From Limnochordia bacterium (lineage in GTDB: Bacteria > Bacillota > Limnochordia > DTU080), in NCBI GenBank assembly GCA_050945315.1, contig JBMNSS010000001.1:1620-65619 (forward strand): DNA of 64,000 nt, in the 5' to 3' direction. Below are positions 7,948-18,186 of the stretch, one piece after another. A model generated the notes under the pieces. That model saw only the letters and a program-made list of their open reading frames with translations, was not told the origin of the DNA and did no database searches. The position numbers and the translations under genes were made by a program. Positions within the stretch are counted from its first letter, which is position 1. Each line of letters starts with the position of its first letter.

Positions 7948-10900
7948 TCAGAAACCAGCACCGATGCCCCAATACAGACGCCATGGCTGTGTGCCGTCCA
8001 AAGAACGGGCCAGTCCCAGACGAAGATCGCCTCTGGTTAATCCGTATCCGAGGGTCATGGTCGTTCGGGCCTCGGCTCCGACGGCGGAGACCGTTTTGAA
8101 GTCTTCGGCCTTATTTCCCGCGATGCCGCTGTCACAGAACAATGCCCAGGACACACCGTCAACAAAAACGGGGCTGTCTTGGACACCACGTTGGATAGGA
8201 AAGGCCATATACTCGACCTCGATGCTGATTTTCCCGGCCTCCTGGCCTCGAACACAGGCTACGGGAAGACCGCGAATGGCCAGATCACCTTGTGAGCCTC
8301 CTAAGAAGAAACTATCTTCGGCGGTGCTGGCTACCGCACTTAAGTCTATCAACAGGCGCAACCGCTCCGACAGTCGCTGGTTCACGGCAAGAAACAGACC
8401 GCCAGCCGTGTGGCCTCCGCCCAAACCCTGCACACCGAAAAGCTGAAGATCGCTCACCCGCTGTTGGTGAGCGTCTCCTCCGACGCCCTGAAAGCGGATT
8501 CCTAATCCGAGCTCCGAGTGAAAGCCTTCATCTTTGTAGGCACCCAGCCACACAACTCCGCTGCTCGATAAGAGAAGACCGGGCTCATTCCAGGCAATGT
8601 AAAACTCCCCTGCATTCTCGGTCCATACTTCATTCACTTCTCCATCGCTGTGCAGGAAGGGTACCGGTGAGATCATCTTCTCTACTCTTGCCGGCTGAGG
8701 CGTCGACGCGTCATTGACTCGTGACAGAACACTGCCGGAAATGCTGAGGCCCAACACGGGTCCGTTGCCCAACACATCTGAGCGGTACTCGTACTCCGTG
8801 CGATAAGAGGCAGTCTCATCCCCAAAAGAAATACCCAATGCATAGGCATGCTGCCCCAGGGCGTCAGTACCTGATGTCGAACCGCCTGTCAGCCACTGGC
8901 CTTCCAGACCGCCCCACAAAGGAAGCCAATAACGTGGGGTAAGGCTCTCTGAAGCACGGTAAGGTCGGATGATGAAGTCCTGTGGATCGACCGGACGTGC
9001 CAGTTCTTGCCAAGCTTCTTTGTCTGAGTTCTCAAGACGGCTCTTGGGCACGAACGACCACGCGGCAGCATCATCGGACGGCAAGCGAATCACCCACTCG
9101 CTGATATCGATGTCTGCGGGGGCGACGATTTCCGGCTCAGCGGGCGCCGGCGGCGGACATAACACCCACTCTTCCGGGTTCAAGGGCAAGGTCGCCATCC
9201 GGTATCCATCTGCAGAATAGGCCGAGACGAGCAGACTGCCACCATCCGGAGAGACGGAGGGAGCAAAGAATCCATATAAGGCGCGAGTAACTTGATACTG
9301 ACTGCCATCGAGAACGTCATAGGCATGAATATTGTAGATCCCTGAGTGATCAGAGGAAAAAAACAGATAGCGCCCGTCAGGAGACCAGGACGGATCCAGT
9401 TTAACCGCCGCATCATGCGTCAACCTCACAGGCGCGGCGACTGGCACCGGGGTTTCCTGAAGCATTAGCGGCAATAAGAAGAGTTCAATATCACCTGAGT
9501 GAGTACGTCCTACAAAGGCCAGATTCTCCCCGTCAGGAGACCAGGCCAAGGAGAACACCTGATCCGGTTGTTCATCGCGCGGTCGGTCGATCTCGGGGCT
9601 CCACAACACCATCGGAGTCCCTTTTTCGAGGGCGGTTAGCAGGATTAGTGACCTGTCCTCCCGACGGGAAATGAAAGCGATCCATTCACCGTCCGGCGAC
9701 ACGGTCGGAGCGTAAGCTCGGTAACCGTGGGTCAGTCTCTCTTCCTTGCCCGACCGTATATTATAGATATAAAGATCGCTCGTCAGACCTCCTTGATGGT
9801 AATCCATCTTGCCATAGACCACACCCTGACCATCAGGTGTCCATGAAAGACCGCCTGAACGGGTGACCAGTCCGTTCACCAGCTTGCGCTCTTTGTCGCC
9901 GCCAACTGTCTGGCGCAGGCGTAACGACGGCAGTACGTTCCCCCCGGAACCGTAGACAATCGCCTTTCCGTCCGGGCTCCATACGGGCCACAAAACCATC
10001 TCTCCGGTGGCCGGTATTGTCTCCACTGCGGTGATAGAGCCCACAGCCTCTCGTTGCTGTGAATAGTGTTCAAAAAGGTCGTGTTGCCAATTCAGCCACA
10101 AATCGTCAAAAGGCACCTGAAACACTTCCTTGATGACTCCATTGGCACCAAGTGATTGTCGGCTGTGCAGGCGAAAGATCTCGTTGACGGAATCCTCCCC
10201 GTAATTGCGGGCCAGATAATCAATAAACGAGTAGCCGTAGAGGTAGACTGCCGGCCCGGGATTCCATCCGCTGAGTCTGTAGTTGCCAATGACTTGATCC
10301 CACGGCGGGATACGATTCTCCAGAACCGCCGCCCGGAGAAACATGTCATAGAAGGCACCGTCTCCCCTGCCATTACCCATCAATCCTTCAGCAAAGACAG
10401 CATGACCTTCAAGGAGAGCGTGGCCGAGAAGGCTGTTGGGTGTGCCGGCCCACGGCACTTTTCCGAAAAGCTTGCGGGCTCGGTCAGCGCCTTCTGAATG
10501 CATGTCGAGTTGAAGCACATGAGCATATTCATGCAGCAGCAGTTGTTCAAACCATTCAGAATGAGTCGGGGTCAATCCGGTGTCGTAGGAGATGGTATCC
10601 GGCAATACGGGGTGAATCGTAATGTGGTTGTAGGGCGTCACACGGGCGAAAGCGTTTGCCGCGTCTGTGATATCGGCAATGACCACATGGGTCTTCTCCT
10701 CCGGAAAGTACTGCATTTTAGGTACCAGGTTACGATGGGCGTCTTCCGCCGCTATAGCCACGCGGCGAGCAAGCTGCTCTTGCCCGGGGGGGAAGTGAAT
10801 CAGAAAGTGCGGACTCTCCAGGGTGAGCCATCCGCGGGCCGGCAAAGCCGGTGGTGGCATGGCCCGTGGCAATACCGACTCGGTTGCCATCGCTGTCACA

Positions 10901-11085
10901 GCTAAACACCAGATACAACATACCAGTGCCACGAAACACAATACATGACACCGAACACGGACTCTAAGGTGCGGATGGGAAGCCCCTGTCCACTTGTCGG
11001 CTCCTAAGTCAGCCCCTTTTTTCCTACAACTTGCGTTAGGCACCAGGTTCATCGCCATCGGCCCACCTCTCATCGCGACGGTCAC
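7948..11085 (-). CDS. large secreted multidomain protein: HExxH metallopeptidase-like domain + six PD40/TolB-type beta-propeller repeats + Gly/aromatic-rich beta-rich C-terminal domain
   Basis: Hydrophobic signal/anchor LCFVALVCCIWCLAVTAMA; LLHEYAHVLQ...EGHAVFAEG (HExxH plus downstream E). Repeated SPDG/WSPDG/WTPDG motifs (SPDGKAIVYG, WTPDGQGVVYG, SPDGEWIAFISRR, WSPDGENLAFVGR, WSPDGRYLFFSSD, SPDGGSLLVSAY). The C-terminal ~350 aa shows alternating beta-strand patterning, a VRGQ motif and ends ...YWGIGAGF. The GTG start overlaps the ADH stop (GTGA), so the true start may be internal. Confidence 0.7.
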   Translation of the reverse strand: MTVAMRGGPMAMNLVPNASCRKKGADLGADKWTGASHPHLRVRVRCHVLCFVALVCCIWCLAVTAMATESVLPRAMPPPALPARGWLTLESPHFLIHFPPGQEQLARRVAIAAEDAHRNLVPKMQYFPEEKTHVVIADITDAANAFARVTPYNHITIHPVLPDTISYDTGLTPTHSEWFEQLLLHEYAHVLQLDMHSEGADRARKLFGKVPWAGTPNSLLGHALLEGHAVFAEGLMGNGRGDGAFYDMFLRAAVLENRIPPWDQVIGNYRLSGWNPGPAVYLYGYSFIDYLARNYGEDSVNEIFRLHSRQSLGANGVIKEVFQVPFDDLWLNWQHDLFEHYSQQREAVGSITAVETIPATGEMVLWPVWSPDGKAIVYGSGGNVLPSLRLRQTVGGDKERKLVNGLVTRSGGLSWTPDGQGVVYGKMDYHQGGLTSDLYIYNIRSGKEERLTHGYRAYAPTVSPDGEWIAFISRREDRSLILLTALEKGTPMVLWSPEIDRPRDEQPDQVFSLAWSPDGENLAFVGRTHSGDIELFLLPLMLQETPVPVAAPVRLTHDAAVKLDPSWSPDGRYLFFSSDHSGIYNIHAYDVLDGSQYQVTRALYGFFAPSVSPDGGSLLVSAYSADGYRMATLPLNPEEWVLCPPPAPAEPEIVAPADIDISEWVIRLPSDDAAAWSFVPKSRLENSDKEAWQELARPVDPQDFIIRPYRASESLTPRYWLPLWGGLEGQWLTGGSTSGTDALGQHAYALGISFGDETASYRTEYEYRSDVLGNGPVLGLSISGSVLSRVNDASTPQPARVEKMISPVPFLHSDGEVNEVWTENAGEFYIAWNEPGLLLSSSGVVWLGAYKDEGFHSELGLGIRFQGVGGDAHQQRVSDLQLFGVQGLGGGHTAGGLFLAVNQRLSERLRLLIDLSAVASTAEDSFFLGGSQGDLAIRGLPVACVRGQEAGKISIEVEYMAFPIQRGVQDSPVFVDGVSWALFCDSGIAGNKAEDFKTVSAVGAEARTTMTLGYGLTRGDLRLGLARSLDGTQPWRLYWGIGAGF

Positions 11086-12230
11086 AAGAGCTCAGTCAAC
11101 AATGACTCTGCATCAGACTGGCTCACTGACCGGGGATTGGCTCGGGTAGAACCGGAAGGCAGCGCAGCTGCAGCCAGCTCCGTAATATGCTCAGGAATCA
11201 TACCTGCATCCCGCAGATTGGCGGGAATCTCCATCTTTTCGTTGAGTTGCTCTATGAAATCAATCAAAGACTCGGCAGCACGTGGATCGTCCCTATCGGC
11301 CAATCCAATGGCCGCGGCCAACTCTGCGTACCCCTGTCGGGCAACCGCCAGGTTGAACCGCATGACGTGGGGAAGCAAGATCGCGCATGCTCTGCCGTGA
11401 GGAATCCCATAGCGAATTCCCACCGGATGAGCAAGACCGTGCACCAGCCCCAATCTGGCATTGGTCAAGGCCACACCGGCTAAGTAGCTGCCTACAGCCG
11501 TGTTGCGGCGCGCTGTTAAGTCTCGACCATTGCGATAGACCGTCATCAAGCTTTCGCTAAGCAGACTGGTGGCCTGACGAGATAGGGCTTGTGTCACGGG
11601 GGTGGCTCCGAGCGAGACATGAGATTCTATGGCTTGGGTCAAGGCGTCCATGCCGGAAGCGGCGGTGACGTGCGGAGGGGCTGTCACATAAAGCTTCGGA
11701 TCAATCAGCACCGCCTGTGCATACCATCGTTCGCAACGCATGCTTTGCTTGAGGCCCCTGACGGGGTCACTGAGTACGCTGACGTGAGTGGCCTCCGAAC
11801 CCGTGCCGGCAGTGGTCGGCACAGCAATCCAGGGCAAAGCCTGCACATCACGAGGCCCCCGATATAGAGCCTCTTCCACTACTGACTCAGGGTCTGCGGT
11901 GTGGTGAAAAAGCCCGGCGATACACTTGCCCATGTCTAAGACACTGCCGCCGCCGATGGCTATCAGCGATGAACAAGAAGCCGCGCGAGCCTGGGCTAAA
12001 CCTCGGGCACACTCACTCAAAGTGGGTTCGCCGCCAGGCCCTTCGATGATCATCGCTGCAATACCCGCTTCTTGCAGGTTTTTTCGCACCTGGTCGGCGA
12101 TACCGTTAGAGATAGTATGGCGTCCCGCCACCAATGCAGCGACAGGGCCCAACGGTCGCACCAGCTTATCAAGCGTAGCTAGGGCATCTTCACCGACCTG
12201 CAGTTTTGGGATGAACGAATGGTACCACAC
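11082..12230 (-). CDS. iron-containing (group III) alcohol dehydrogenase
   Basis: AIGGGSVLDMGKCIAG and downstream His-rich metal motifs. The start is trimmed to a GTG (12228-12230) preceded by GGAGGGG, which avoids overlap with the upstream MscS-like gene; this gives 382 aa. Confidence 0.85.
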   Translation of the reverse strand: MWYHSFIPKLQVGEDALATLDKLVRPLGPVAALVAGRHTISNGIADQVRKNLQEAGIAAMIIEGPGGEPTLSECARGLAQARAASCSSLIAIGGGSVLDMGKCIAGLFHHTADPESVVEEALYRGPRDVQALPWIAVPTTAGTGSEATHVSVLSDPVRGLKQSMRCERWYAQAVLIDPKLYVTAPPHVTAASGMDALTQAIESHVSLGATPVTQALSRQATSLLSESLMTVYRNGRDLTARRNTAVGSYLAGVALTNARLGLVHGLAHPVGIRYGIPHGRACAILLPHVMRFNLAVARQGYAELAAAIGLADRDDPRAAESLIDFIEQLNEKMEIPANLRDAGMIPEHITELAAAALPSGSTRANPRSVSQSDAESLLTELL

Positions 12231-12255
12231 GATACTACCCCTCCGCTCCGGTGGC

Positions 12256-12813
12256 TTAGCTTCTGCCTTCTTCTTTTTGACGAGCCTTTGGAGGGCCCTT
12301 CTCAACAATAGTATAGGTCGCCGCATCGATATTGCGGTTCGGTATGGCATAAATCAGGCCGTCTTTGTCTTTGACCTTTGTCTTGCGCATAGACAGACGG
12401 ATGATCTCACCCTCCACACCCGCCGCACGGACCCTGGCCCCAATGACAAAGTCGTCGTCTGACAACAGGTAGATGCCTGCCAGTAGATCCTGGGATACCG
12501 TGTTAAGTCCGGTGGCCAGGGCCATGGCGACCAAAGCCACTGACCCGCCCAGAGCCAGCGAGACCTGAGTCAAACCCAAAGCGTTGAGTGTTGCTGAGAT
12601 CCCGATGACCCAACCGACGAAGCTGACACTCGAAGAAAGCAATGATTTTGCGGTAGCTTCCAAGTGAGCCAAGCTTGCGGCCGCGGCGAAGACCCGTTTC
12701 ATTAATCTGATGAGAATATAGGTAGCAACTAGGGTAATAAGAGCGCCCGGAATTCGGACAACATAACTGACTGTCTGTTGCAGCAGTTCGTTTGTCCAAC
12801 TCATATCTGACAT
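12256..12813 (-). CDS. short MscS-family mechanosensitive channel protein
   Basis: 185 aa. TM helices plus the MscS TM3/beta-domain core (LGLTQVSLALGGSVALVAMALATG...VIGARVRAAGVEGEIIRLSMRKTKVKDKDGLIYAIPN). GGAGG Shine-Dalgarno before the ATG. Shorter than canonical MscS. Confidence 0.7.
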   Translation of the reverse strand: MSDMSWTNELLQQTVSYVVRIPGALITLVATYILIRLMKRVFAAAASLAHLEATAKSLLSSSVSFVGWVIGISATLNALGLTQVSLALGGSVALVAMALATGLNTVSQDLLAGIYLLSDDDFVIGARVRAAGVEGEIIRLSMRKTKVKDKDGLIYAIPNRNIDAATYTIVEKGPPKARQKEEGRS

Positions 12814-12855
12814 CTGTACGCCTCCAGAAACGAAGAGACTGTCGTGATCCCAAAT

Positions 12856-13056
12856 CTAAAACAGGTGACGAAACATGTCGAGATCACCGTACTTACGCAA
12901 GAGAAGTTGCCTTTCGATTCGCTCTATCCAGCTCAGACGTATCGCATACGCAAAAGCCGTCGGAGATATGGCCAACAGCAAGCCCAATACCGGCGCAAGC
13001 ATAGAAAGACAGATCCAGCGAAGCACCGTCCTTCTATACTGAGATTCTGCGATCAT
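12856..13056 (-). CDS. possible small membrane protein
   Basis: One predicted TM helix (WICLSMLAPVLGLLLAISPTAFAYAI). The start is trimmed to an internal Met so that it does not overlap the upstream terminator hairpin. Weak call. Confidence 0.3.
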   Translation of the reverse strand: MIAESQYRRTVLRWICLSMLAPVLGLLLAISPTAFAYAIRLSWIERIERQLLLRKYGDLDMFRHLF

Positions 13057-13100
13057 AGCTGTTAACACCTCAGGTGAACGCGGGCGTGCTTCGTGCCCTT

Positions 13101-13132
13101 GGGCAGCCCGGTCCGCAAAGCGCCCGGGCTGC
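13101..13132 (-). terminator. stem-loop downstream of the sugar-phosphate isomerase gene
   Basis: ggcagcccgg-12 nt-ccgggctgcc perfect 10-bp stem, 23 nt past the stop at 13155; no strong U-tract. Confidence 0.4.
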
Positions 13133-13154
13133 CTTGCAGAACACTTCAAAGAGG

Positions 13155-13922
13155 TCAGCTTAGTCCCATAGCTTTCAGATTACGCAAGCTGATAGCCAGA
13201 CTCTCGAACGGGTCGCGTTGACAGATATCCTGCTCCACGATATACCACTCGACACCGGCCTCGGCTGCAGCTGAAAGGATGCGTGGCCAATTGAGGTTGC
13301 CTTCACCGACTTCCGTCATTATCTGCTGACGATTGGCGATCCCCATGTCTTTCAGGTGCAAGAGCTTGATCCGGCCCTTCAGGTCGAGAATCCACTGTGC
13401 AGGATCTCCTCCGCCGTGTTGGATCCAATAAGTGTCGATCTCGCCCAAGAAGTACTCAGGATCGCTGTCTTCGTAGAGGATGGACAGAGCCGTACGCCCG
13501 TCGAATTTTTCCAGTTCGAAACTGTGATTGTGATAGCTCCATGTAAAGCCGTGCTCAGCAAGTTTTGCAGCTACCTGCGAGGCCTCCCGGGCAAATTCCG
13601 CATAGCCGGCGGCTCCCTTTTCTCTGTATGAGCCGGGCAACCCGCCTATGGCTAAATTGCGGCATCCCAGTATGCGATGCTCTTCCATAACCTCATCCAT
13701 ATTGTCTCGCATTCGTTCATAACCGGTATGCGTGGCACAGACCTCCAGGTTTGCGTCGTCGAGCAACTTACGAAGTTCCTCAGGGTCAATCGGCCCATGC
13801 CCGGAGAGCTGAACCGCCTCCCAACCCATCTCGCGAATTTTCTTCAATGAAACCGCCATGTCTTCAGGTGTCTTCATGAACTGCCTGATCGTGTAGAGCT
13901 GTGCCGCCAATTTGGTTGCCAT
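13155..13922 (-). CDS. sugar phosphate isomerase/epimerase (xylose-isomerase-like TIM barrel)
   Basis: MATKLAAQLYTIRQF... is a typical AP-endonuclease-2/TIM-barrel-family N-terminus, with conserved E/H metal ligands. The start is set at a Met preceded by GGGAGGAG. Confidence 0.8.
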   Translation of the reverse strand: MATKLAAQLYTIRQFMKTPEDMAVSLKKIREMGWEAVQLSGHGPIDPEELRKLLDDANLEVCATHTGYERMRDNMDEVMEEHRILGCRNLAIGGLPGSYREKGAAGYAEFAREASQVAAKLAEHGFTWSYHNHSFELEKFDGRTALSILYEDSDPEYFLGEIDTYWIQHGGGDPAQWILDLKGRIKLLHLKDMGIANRQQIMTEVGEGNLNWPRILSAAAEAGVEWYIVEQDICQRDPFESLAISLRNLKAMGLS

Positions 13923-14019
13923 GGAGACTCCTCCCTCTTTGCAGGTTCTGTTTTTGTCATGTGGCATCACGCAAGTTATGCTTTAGGGACAGATCACAGA
14001 TTTCCTGCCTGAGACACGA

Positions 14020-15837
14020 TCAGTGTGAGCGAGATCGTTCGGACCGCCGCAAGACAGCTTTTCGGAGGCGAAACGCCTTCGGTGTCACCTCGAGCCATTC
14101 ATCCTCAGCCAGGTAGGCAAGGGTTTGTTCCAGGCTGAGGCGTTTTACGGGATTCAACTTGGCGGCAATCTCTGCGGTGCTGGCCCTGATATTGGTCACA
14201 TGCCTCTTCCTGCATACATTGATGTCCAGATCCTGAGCTCGGGAATGCTCGCCAACGATCATCCCCTCATAGACCTTCTCGCCGGGACTCACGAAAAGAA
14301 CACCGCGTTCTTGGGCATTCTCCAAGGCATAGGCGGTCACCTCTCCGGTCTCCCAGGCTACCAGGCTACCGGTTTGTCTGCCGGCGATACGTCCTTTGAA
14401 GGGCCCGTATCCGTGGAAGGTGTTATACATGATGCCATGCCCGCGAGTGGCGGTCAGCAACTCGGAAGTGAACCCGACAAGACCTCTCGCCGGCACCACG
14501 AACTCGAGTCTGGCATTGCCATTGGGAAGTTGTGAGACATCGCTCATCTCCCCTTTGCGTGCCCCGAGAAGCTCTATGACCACCCCCAGATGCTCCTGCG
14601 GCACCTCCACGCTCAGATCCTCAAGGGGTTCACAGTTCTTACCGTCTATCTCGCGCATGATCACCTCGGGTTTGGAGACCGAGAACTCATACCCTTCCCG
14701 GCGCATATTCTCTATCAAAATAGAGATATGCAACTCTCCGCGACCTGAAACTTGAAACGCATCAGGGCTCTCCGTCTCTTCTACGCGCAGTGCCGGATCA
14801 ATTCGTGCTTGGCGAAAGAGCCGCTCTCTCAAATGCCTTGACGTCAAGTATCGACCGTCCGTCCCCGCGAAGGGACTGTCGTTGACGCGAAAGATCACTG
14901 TCAGCGTTGGTTCGTCAACGCGCAGAGGAGGCAGGAATACCGGATGCTCAACCGAAGTGACGGTATCGCCGATGCGAATGTCATCAATGCCGGTCAAGGC
15001 TACGATTTCTCCGACATTCGCCTCCTCAACGGGAACCCGTCTCAGATGTTCAAACGTAAACACATTCGACAGCTTGGTCTGAATTGACTGCTGGCCGGGT
15101 CTTCCGACCACGACTGAGTCGGAAGCCAGTAACCGGCCGTTTAACACCCGTCCAATGGCGATTCGTCCCACATAGTCGTCGTAATCCAGCATAGCCACCT
15201 GGATCTGAAGCGGCAGATCATCTTGCCCTGACGGGGGCGGCACTGTATCGATCAGGCAGTCAAGAAGAGGCAGAATCTCACCGGTGGCGGATGCTACATC
15301 AGCCTGTGCGGTATGCAGATCAGCGTGAGCGACACCTGCCCGGCCGGAACCATATATGACCGGGAAATCCAGCTGATCGTCATCGGCTCCCAAAGCTATG
15401 AACAGATCCAATACGGCATCCAGTACACTTTCGGGTCGGGCGTCCGGGCGGTCGATTTTATTGATCATCAACACTATCTGTAAACGCTGCTCCAAAGCAT
15501 TCCTAAGCACGTAGCGCGTCTGAGGTTGCGGACCTTCGGCGGCATCTACCACTAACAACGCGCCATCCACCATTCCCAACACGCGCTGTACCTCACCCCC
15601 GAAGTCTACGTGCCCCGGAGTATCGACGATATTCAGCTTCACCCCACGATAGTAAGTCCCCGTGGTTTTGGCCAGTATGGTTATGCCCCGCTCTCGTTCA
15701 AGGGCATTGGAGTCCAGAATGCGGGAGCCTACCGTTTCACCCGCGCGAAACGCCCCGGTTTGCTTGAGAACGGCATCAACCAGGGTGGTCTTTCCGTGAT
15801 CTACGTGAGCGATGATGGCAATGTTTCTTAGTTCCAT
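14020..15837 (-). CDS. typA: translational GTPase TypA/BipA
   Basis: [22 protein letters not shown]1 motif, [13 protein letters not shown], and a BipA-specific C-terminal domain. The start is placed at the Met just before [12 protein letters not shown]. Confidence 0.9.
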   Translation of the reverse strand: MELRNIAIIAHVDHGKTTLVDAVLKQTGAFRAGETVGSRILDSNALERERGITILAKTTGTYYRGVKLNIVDTPGHVDFGGEVQRVLGMVDGALLVVDAAEGPQPQTRYVLRNALEQRLQIVLMINKIDRPDARPESVLDAVLDLFIALGADDDQLDFPVIYGSGRAGVAHADLHTAQADVASATGEILPLLDCLIDTVPPPSGQDDLPLQIQVAMLDYDDYVGRIAIGRVLNGRLLASDSVVVGRPGQQSIQTKLSNVFTFEHLRRVPVEEANVGEIVALTGIDDIRIGDTVTSVEHPVFLPPLRVDEPTLTVIFRVNDSPFAGTDGRYLTSRHLRERLFRQARIDPALRVEETESPDAFQVSGRGELHISILIENMRREGYEFSVSKPEVIMREIDGKNCEPLEDLSVEVPQEHLGVVIELLGARKGEMSDVSQLPNGNARLEFVVPARGLVGFTSELLTATRGHGIMYNTFHGYGPFKGRIAGRQTGSLVAWETGEVTAYALENAQERGVLFVSPGEKVYEGMIVGEHSRAQDLDINVCRKRHVTNIRASTAEIAAKLNPVKRLSLEQTLAYLAEDEWLEVTPKAFRLRKAVLRRSERSRSH

Positions 15838-16174
15838 GATTAATAGGCTAGCAGCACATGTACCGTCAGTCAAGCAAATCCGTGTGCGCTGTCAGTGATG
15901 TCCTGGCGTGAGTGAGAAGCTGAGGTGGATCACAGTGAAGGAGATCCAAAGGTTACTTGGGAAATATGTATTAGGTCGCTTGCCGGGAATCCGGGCTGTC
16001 CGGCAACTGATGCTATCAGCCTTGGGATCGGCGAACAGAATGCATGTTTCCTCAGACAACGGTTATATTACGAGAGGCTACCAGCCGACATTTTTTGGAA
16101 AGGTGGAATAATCTCTGCTGCCTTCCTATTCAACCCATAAGCCTATAAGAGTTGCCTGCCGGTCTGCAATTCTG

Positions 16175-16735
16175 ATGGTATGTTTAATCTTCCTTGTGAC
16201 CGTCGTCACGTGTTCAGCAACTCGTCTCGGTCAACGCATCCTGGGTTTCGGAGTCTGGGGCGCCGATGTTTTTGAACTCCAGATGCGTCTGCGAGATATG
16301 GGCTACGATGTAGTTGCTGACGGCCGATACGGACCGGCTACGAAGAATGCAGTCATGGCCTTCCAGCGTTCCAAAGGGATAAAGGTTGACGGCCTTGTGG
16401 GGACGGAGACCGCGGCTCATATCATCGCCCGTTGGGGGACCCTTAAGCATCACGTAAAACAAGGAGACGCCATCGCGAGCCTGACTCGACAGTATGGGGT
16501 CAGTGCTGCGGAGATCAGATTGCTGAACAATCTGTCCGATGATGTTATCCGCATTGGTCAGGTGCTCACCATTCCGGCTCCCCCGCAGTATCGCGTTCAA
16601 GAGGGTGACACAATCGAAAGGATCGCGGCTTTAAGCAACAGCAGCCCGGAAGAGCTGGCGGCCCTGAATCAATTGGATGCAATGACCGCGTTGCAGCCCG
16701 GGATGGTGCTGCGCTTGCCCAAGCCCAGTTACTGA
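16175..16735 (+). CDS. peptidoglycan-binding (PG_binding_1) + 2xLysM domain protein
   Basis: N-terminal hydrophobic segment; then GYDVVADGRYGPATKNAVMAFQRSKGIKVDGLVG (PG-binding), followed by two LysM repeats (VKQGDAIASLTRQYGVS...IGQVLTIP; VQEGDTIERIAAL...GMVLRLP). Confidence 0.7.
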   Translation: MVCLIFLVTVVTCSATRLGQRILGFGVWGADVFELQMRLRDMGYDVVADGRYGPATKNAVMAFQRSKGIKVDGLVGTETAAHIIARWGTLKHHVKQGDAIASLTRQYGVSAAEIRLLNNLSDDVIRIGQVLTIPAPPQYRVQEGDTIERIAALSNSSPEELAALNQLDAMTALQPGMVLRLPKPSY

Positions 16736-16748
16736 GCTTGGCATGAAG

Positions 16749-17408
16749 CTATGTAACCGGGCAGTAGCTTTCTTTTAGCAATCGCCAAGCCAGATCCCCC
16801 GCCGAAGCATCACGCAGGAGGCCGTAAAGCTTGTCCGCATGGGTCGTGGGAATCAGAATGCGCAACAATACGTCCGTCCCATACTCTGCCTGGGCTATGC
16901 GGATACCGTTTTCGATGAGTATTCGCTCCACCCGGCCCCACAGCGGGTAATCCACATTCAGCTCGTACTCGCCATGAAGCTTATATACAGCCTTGCCCGC
17001 CGCGGCAACAACCGCCGCGGCACTCCCGCCGTATGCCCTGACCAAACCTGCGGCTCCCAACAGGGTGCCACCAAAGTAGCGGGTAACGGTGATCAACGTA
17101 TTGCGCAGGTCCTCGCGTTCGATCACCTCGAGGATTGGGCGCCCGGCCGTTCCACCGGGTTCACCCGCGTCACTAAAGCGGACGACTTCAGCTGACAATC
17201 CGCAGCGATAAGCATAGCAAATATGCGAGGCATCAGGATAGCTTTCCTGCACGGAGCGTAGCGCTGAATTCACTTCCTCCACACTCTGCACCGGGAAGGC
17301 CTGGGCGATAAAGCGTGACTTTCGAATGATCAGTTCGGTGCTGCATTCTTTGGCCACACTCAGGTACTCGATGGGCCTACCGTCGCGGCCCTCTTTTGGT
17401 TTGCACAA
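16749..17408 (-). CDS. yigZ: YigZ/IMPACT-family protein (UPF0029)
   Basis: IIRKSRFIAQAFPV...HICYAY...GEPGGTAGRPILEV...TRYFGGTLLGAGGLVRAY. The start is trimmed to a TTG preceded by GGAGG, giving 219 aa. Confidence 0.8.
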   Translation of the reverse strand: MCKPKEGRDGRPIEYLSVAKECSTELIIRKSRFIAQAFPVQSVEEVNSALRSVQESYPDASHICYAYRCGLSAEVVRFSDAGEPGGTAGRPILEVIEREDLRNTLITVTRYFGGTLLGAAGLVRAYGGSAAAVVAAAGKAVYKLHGEYELNVDYPLWGRVERILIENGIRIAQAEYGTDVLLRILIPTTHADKLYGLLRDASAGDLAWRLLKESYCPVT

Positions 17409-17529
17409 ATAACTAACCTCCTGCGGTCTTGGGGTCTCTGGCCATTCGTCTACATAGGTATTCTGAGCGCGCACGTTGAACCCTTGGTACGAAACGAATG
17501 CTACTAAAGGAAGCAGGGGCGATGCTAGG

Positions 17530-18186
17530 TTGTCACACACGACCGTCACACTTACCTCTGATGAGAAAAAACGCATAAAGTCCATTCTGGATACGCTTGA
17601 AAGAGTCTATCCGGAGGCTGACTGTGAGCTGGAATACGATACCCCTTTTCAGCTGCTTGTGGCCACCATTCTGTCTGCTCAGAGTACGGACAAGCGCGTC
17701 AATATGGTAACGGCACGTCTATTTAAGGAGTATGGCACGCCGGAGGCGATGGCTGCCCTTGAGCCAGAAGAGCTTGAGCCCTGGATAAAAGAACTCGGGT
17801 TGTACCGCAACAAAGCCCGGCACATCGTGCATTCAGCTCGCATGATTGTAGAAGAACATCACGGGCAAGTGCCCAGTGGCCGCTCGGCGCTGCAGGCGCT
17901 GCCGGGTGTAGGACGAAAGACGGCCAATGTTGTTCTCAGTAACGCTTTTTCCATTCCTGCTTTGGCTGTCGATACGCATGTTTTTCGGGTGGCCAGACGT
18001 CTTGGCCTGGCGGTAACGAAGTCTCCCGAGCAGACGGAACGAGTTCTTATGCAGATCTTGCCTGAAGAATCGTGGAAGCAGGTGCATCATCGTCTAATCC
18101 GTCACGGACGTCAGGTCTGTACCGCTCGCAGTCCGGCATGCTCTGACTGCGAATTGCAGATCTACTGCCCCAGTGCGCAAGCGTGA
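17530..18186 (+). CDS. nth: endonuclease III
   Basis: HhH-GPD core with C-terminal 4Fe-4S cluster CTARSPACSDCELQIYC; the N-terminus RIKSILDTLERVYPEADCELEYDTPFQLLVATILSAQSTD matches Nth. Start is a TTG at 17530; an alternative TTG lies at 17476. Confidence 0.85.
   Translation: MSHTTVTLTSDEKKRIKSILDTLERVYPEADCELEYDTPFQLLVATILSAQSTDKRVNMVTARLFKEYGTPEAMAALEPEELEPWIKELGLYRNKARHIVHSARMIVEEHHGQVPSGRSALQALPGVGRKTANVVLSNAFSIPALAVDTHVFRVARRLGLAVTKSPEQTERVLMQILPEESWKQVHHRLIRHGRQVCTARSPACSDCELQIYCPSAQA

Noticed and set aside
7685-8446. 253-aa plus-strand ORF rich in Pro/Arg/Ser
   Set aside because: It lies entirely antisense within the well-supported 1045-aa minus-strand gene, has low-complexity composition and no Shine-Dalgarno. 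It is a typical GC-rich antisense artefact.
15874-16174. 300-bp intergenic region checked for tRNA/ncRNA
   Set aside because: No cloverleaf-compatible conserved tRNA features (no GTTC..RA T-loop box in the right context) were recognised. It is treated as a divergent promoter region for typA and the LysM gene.
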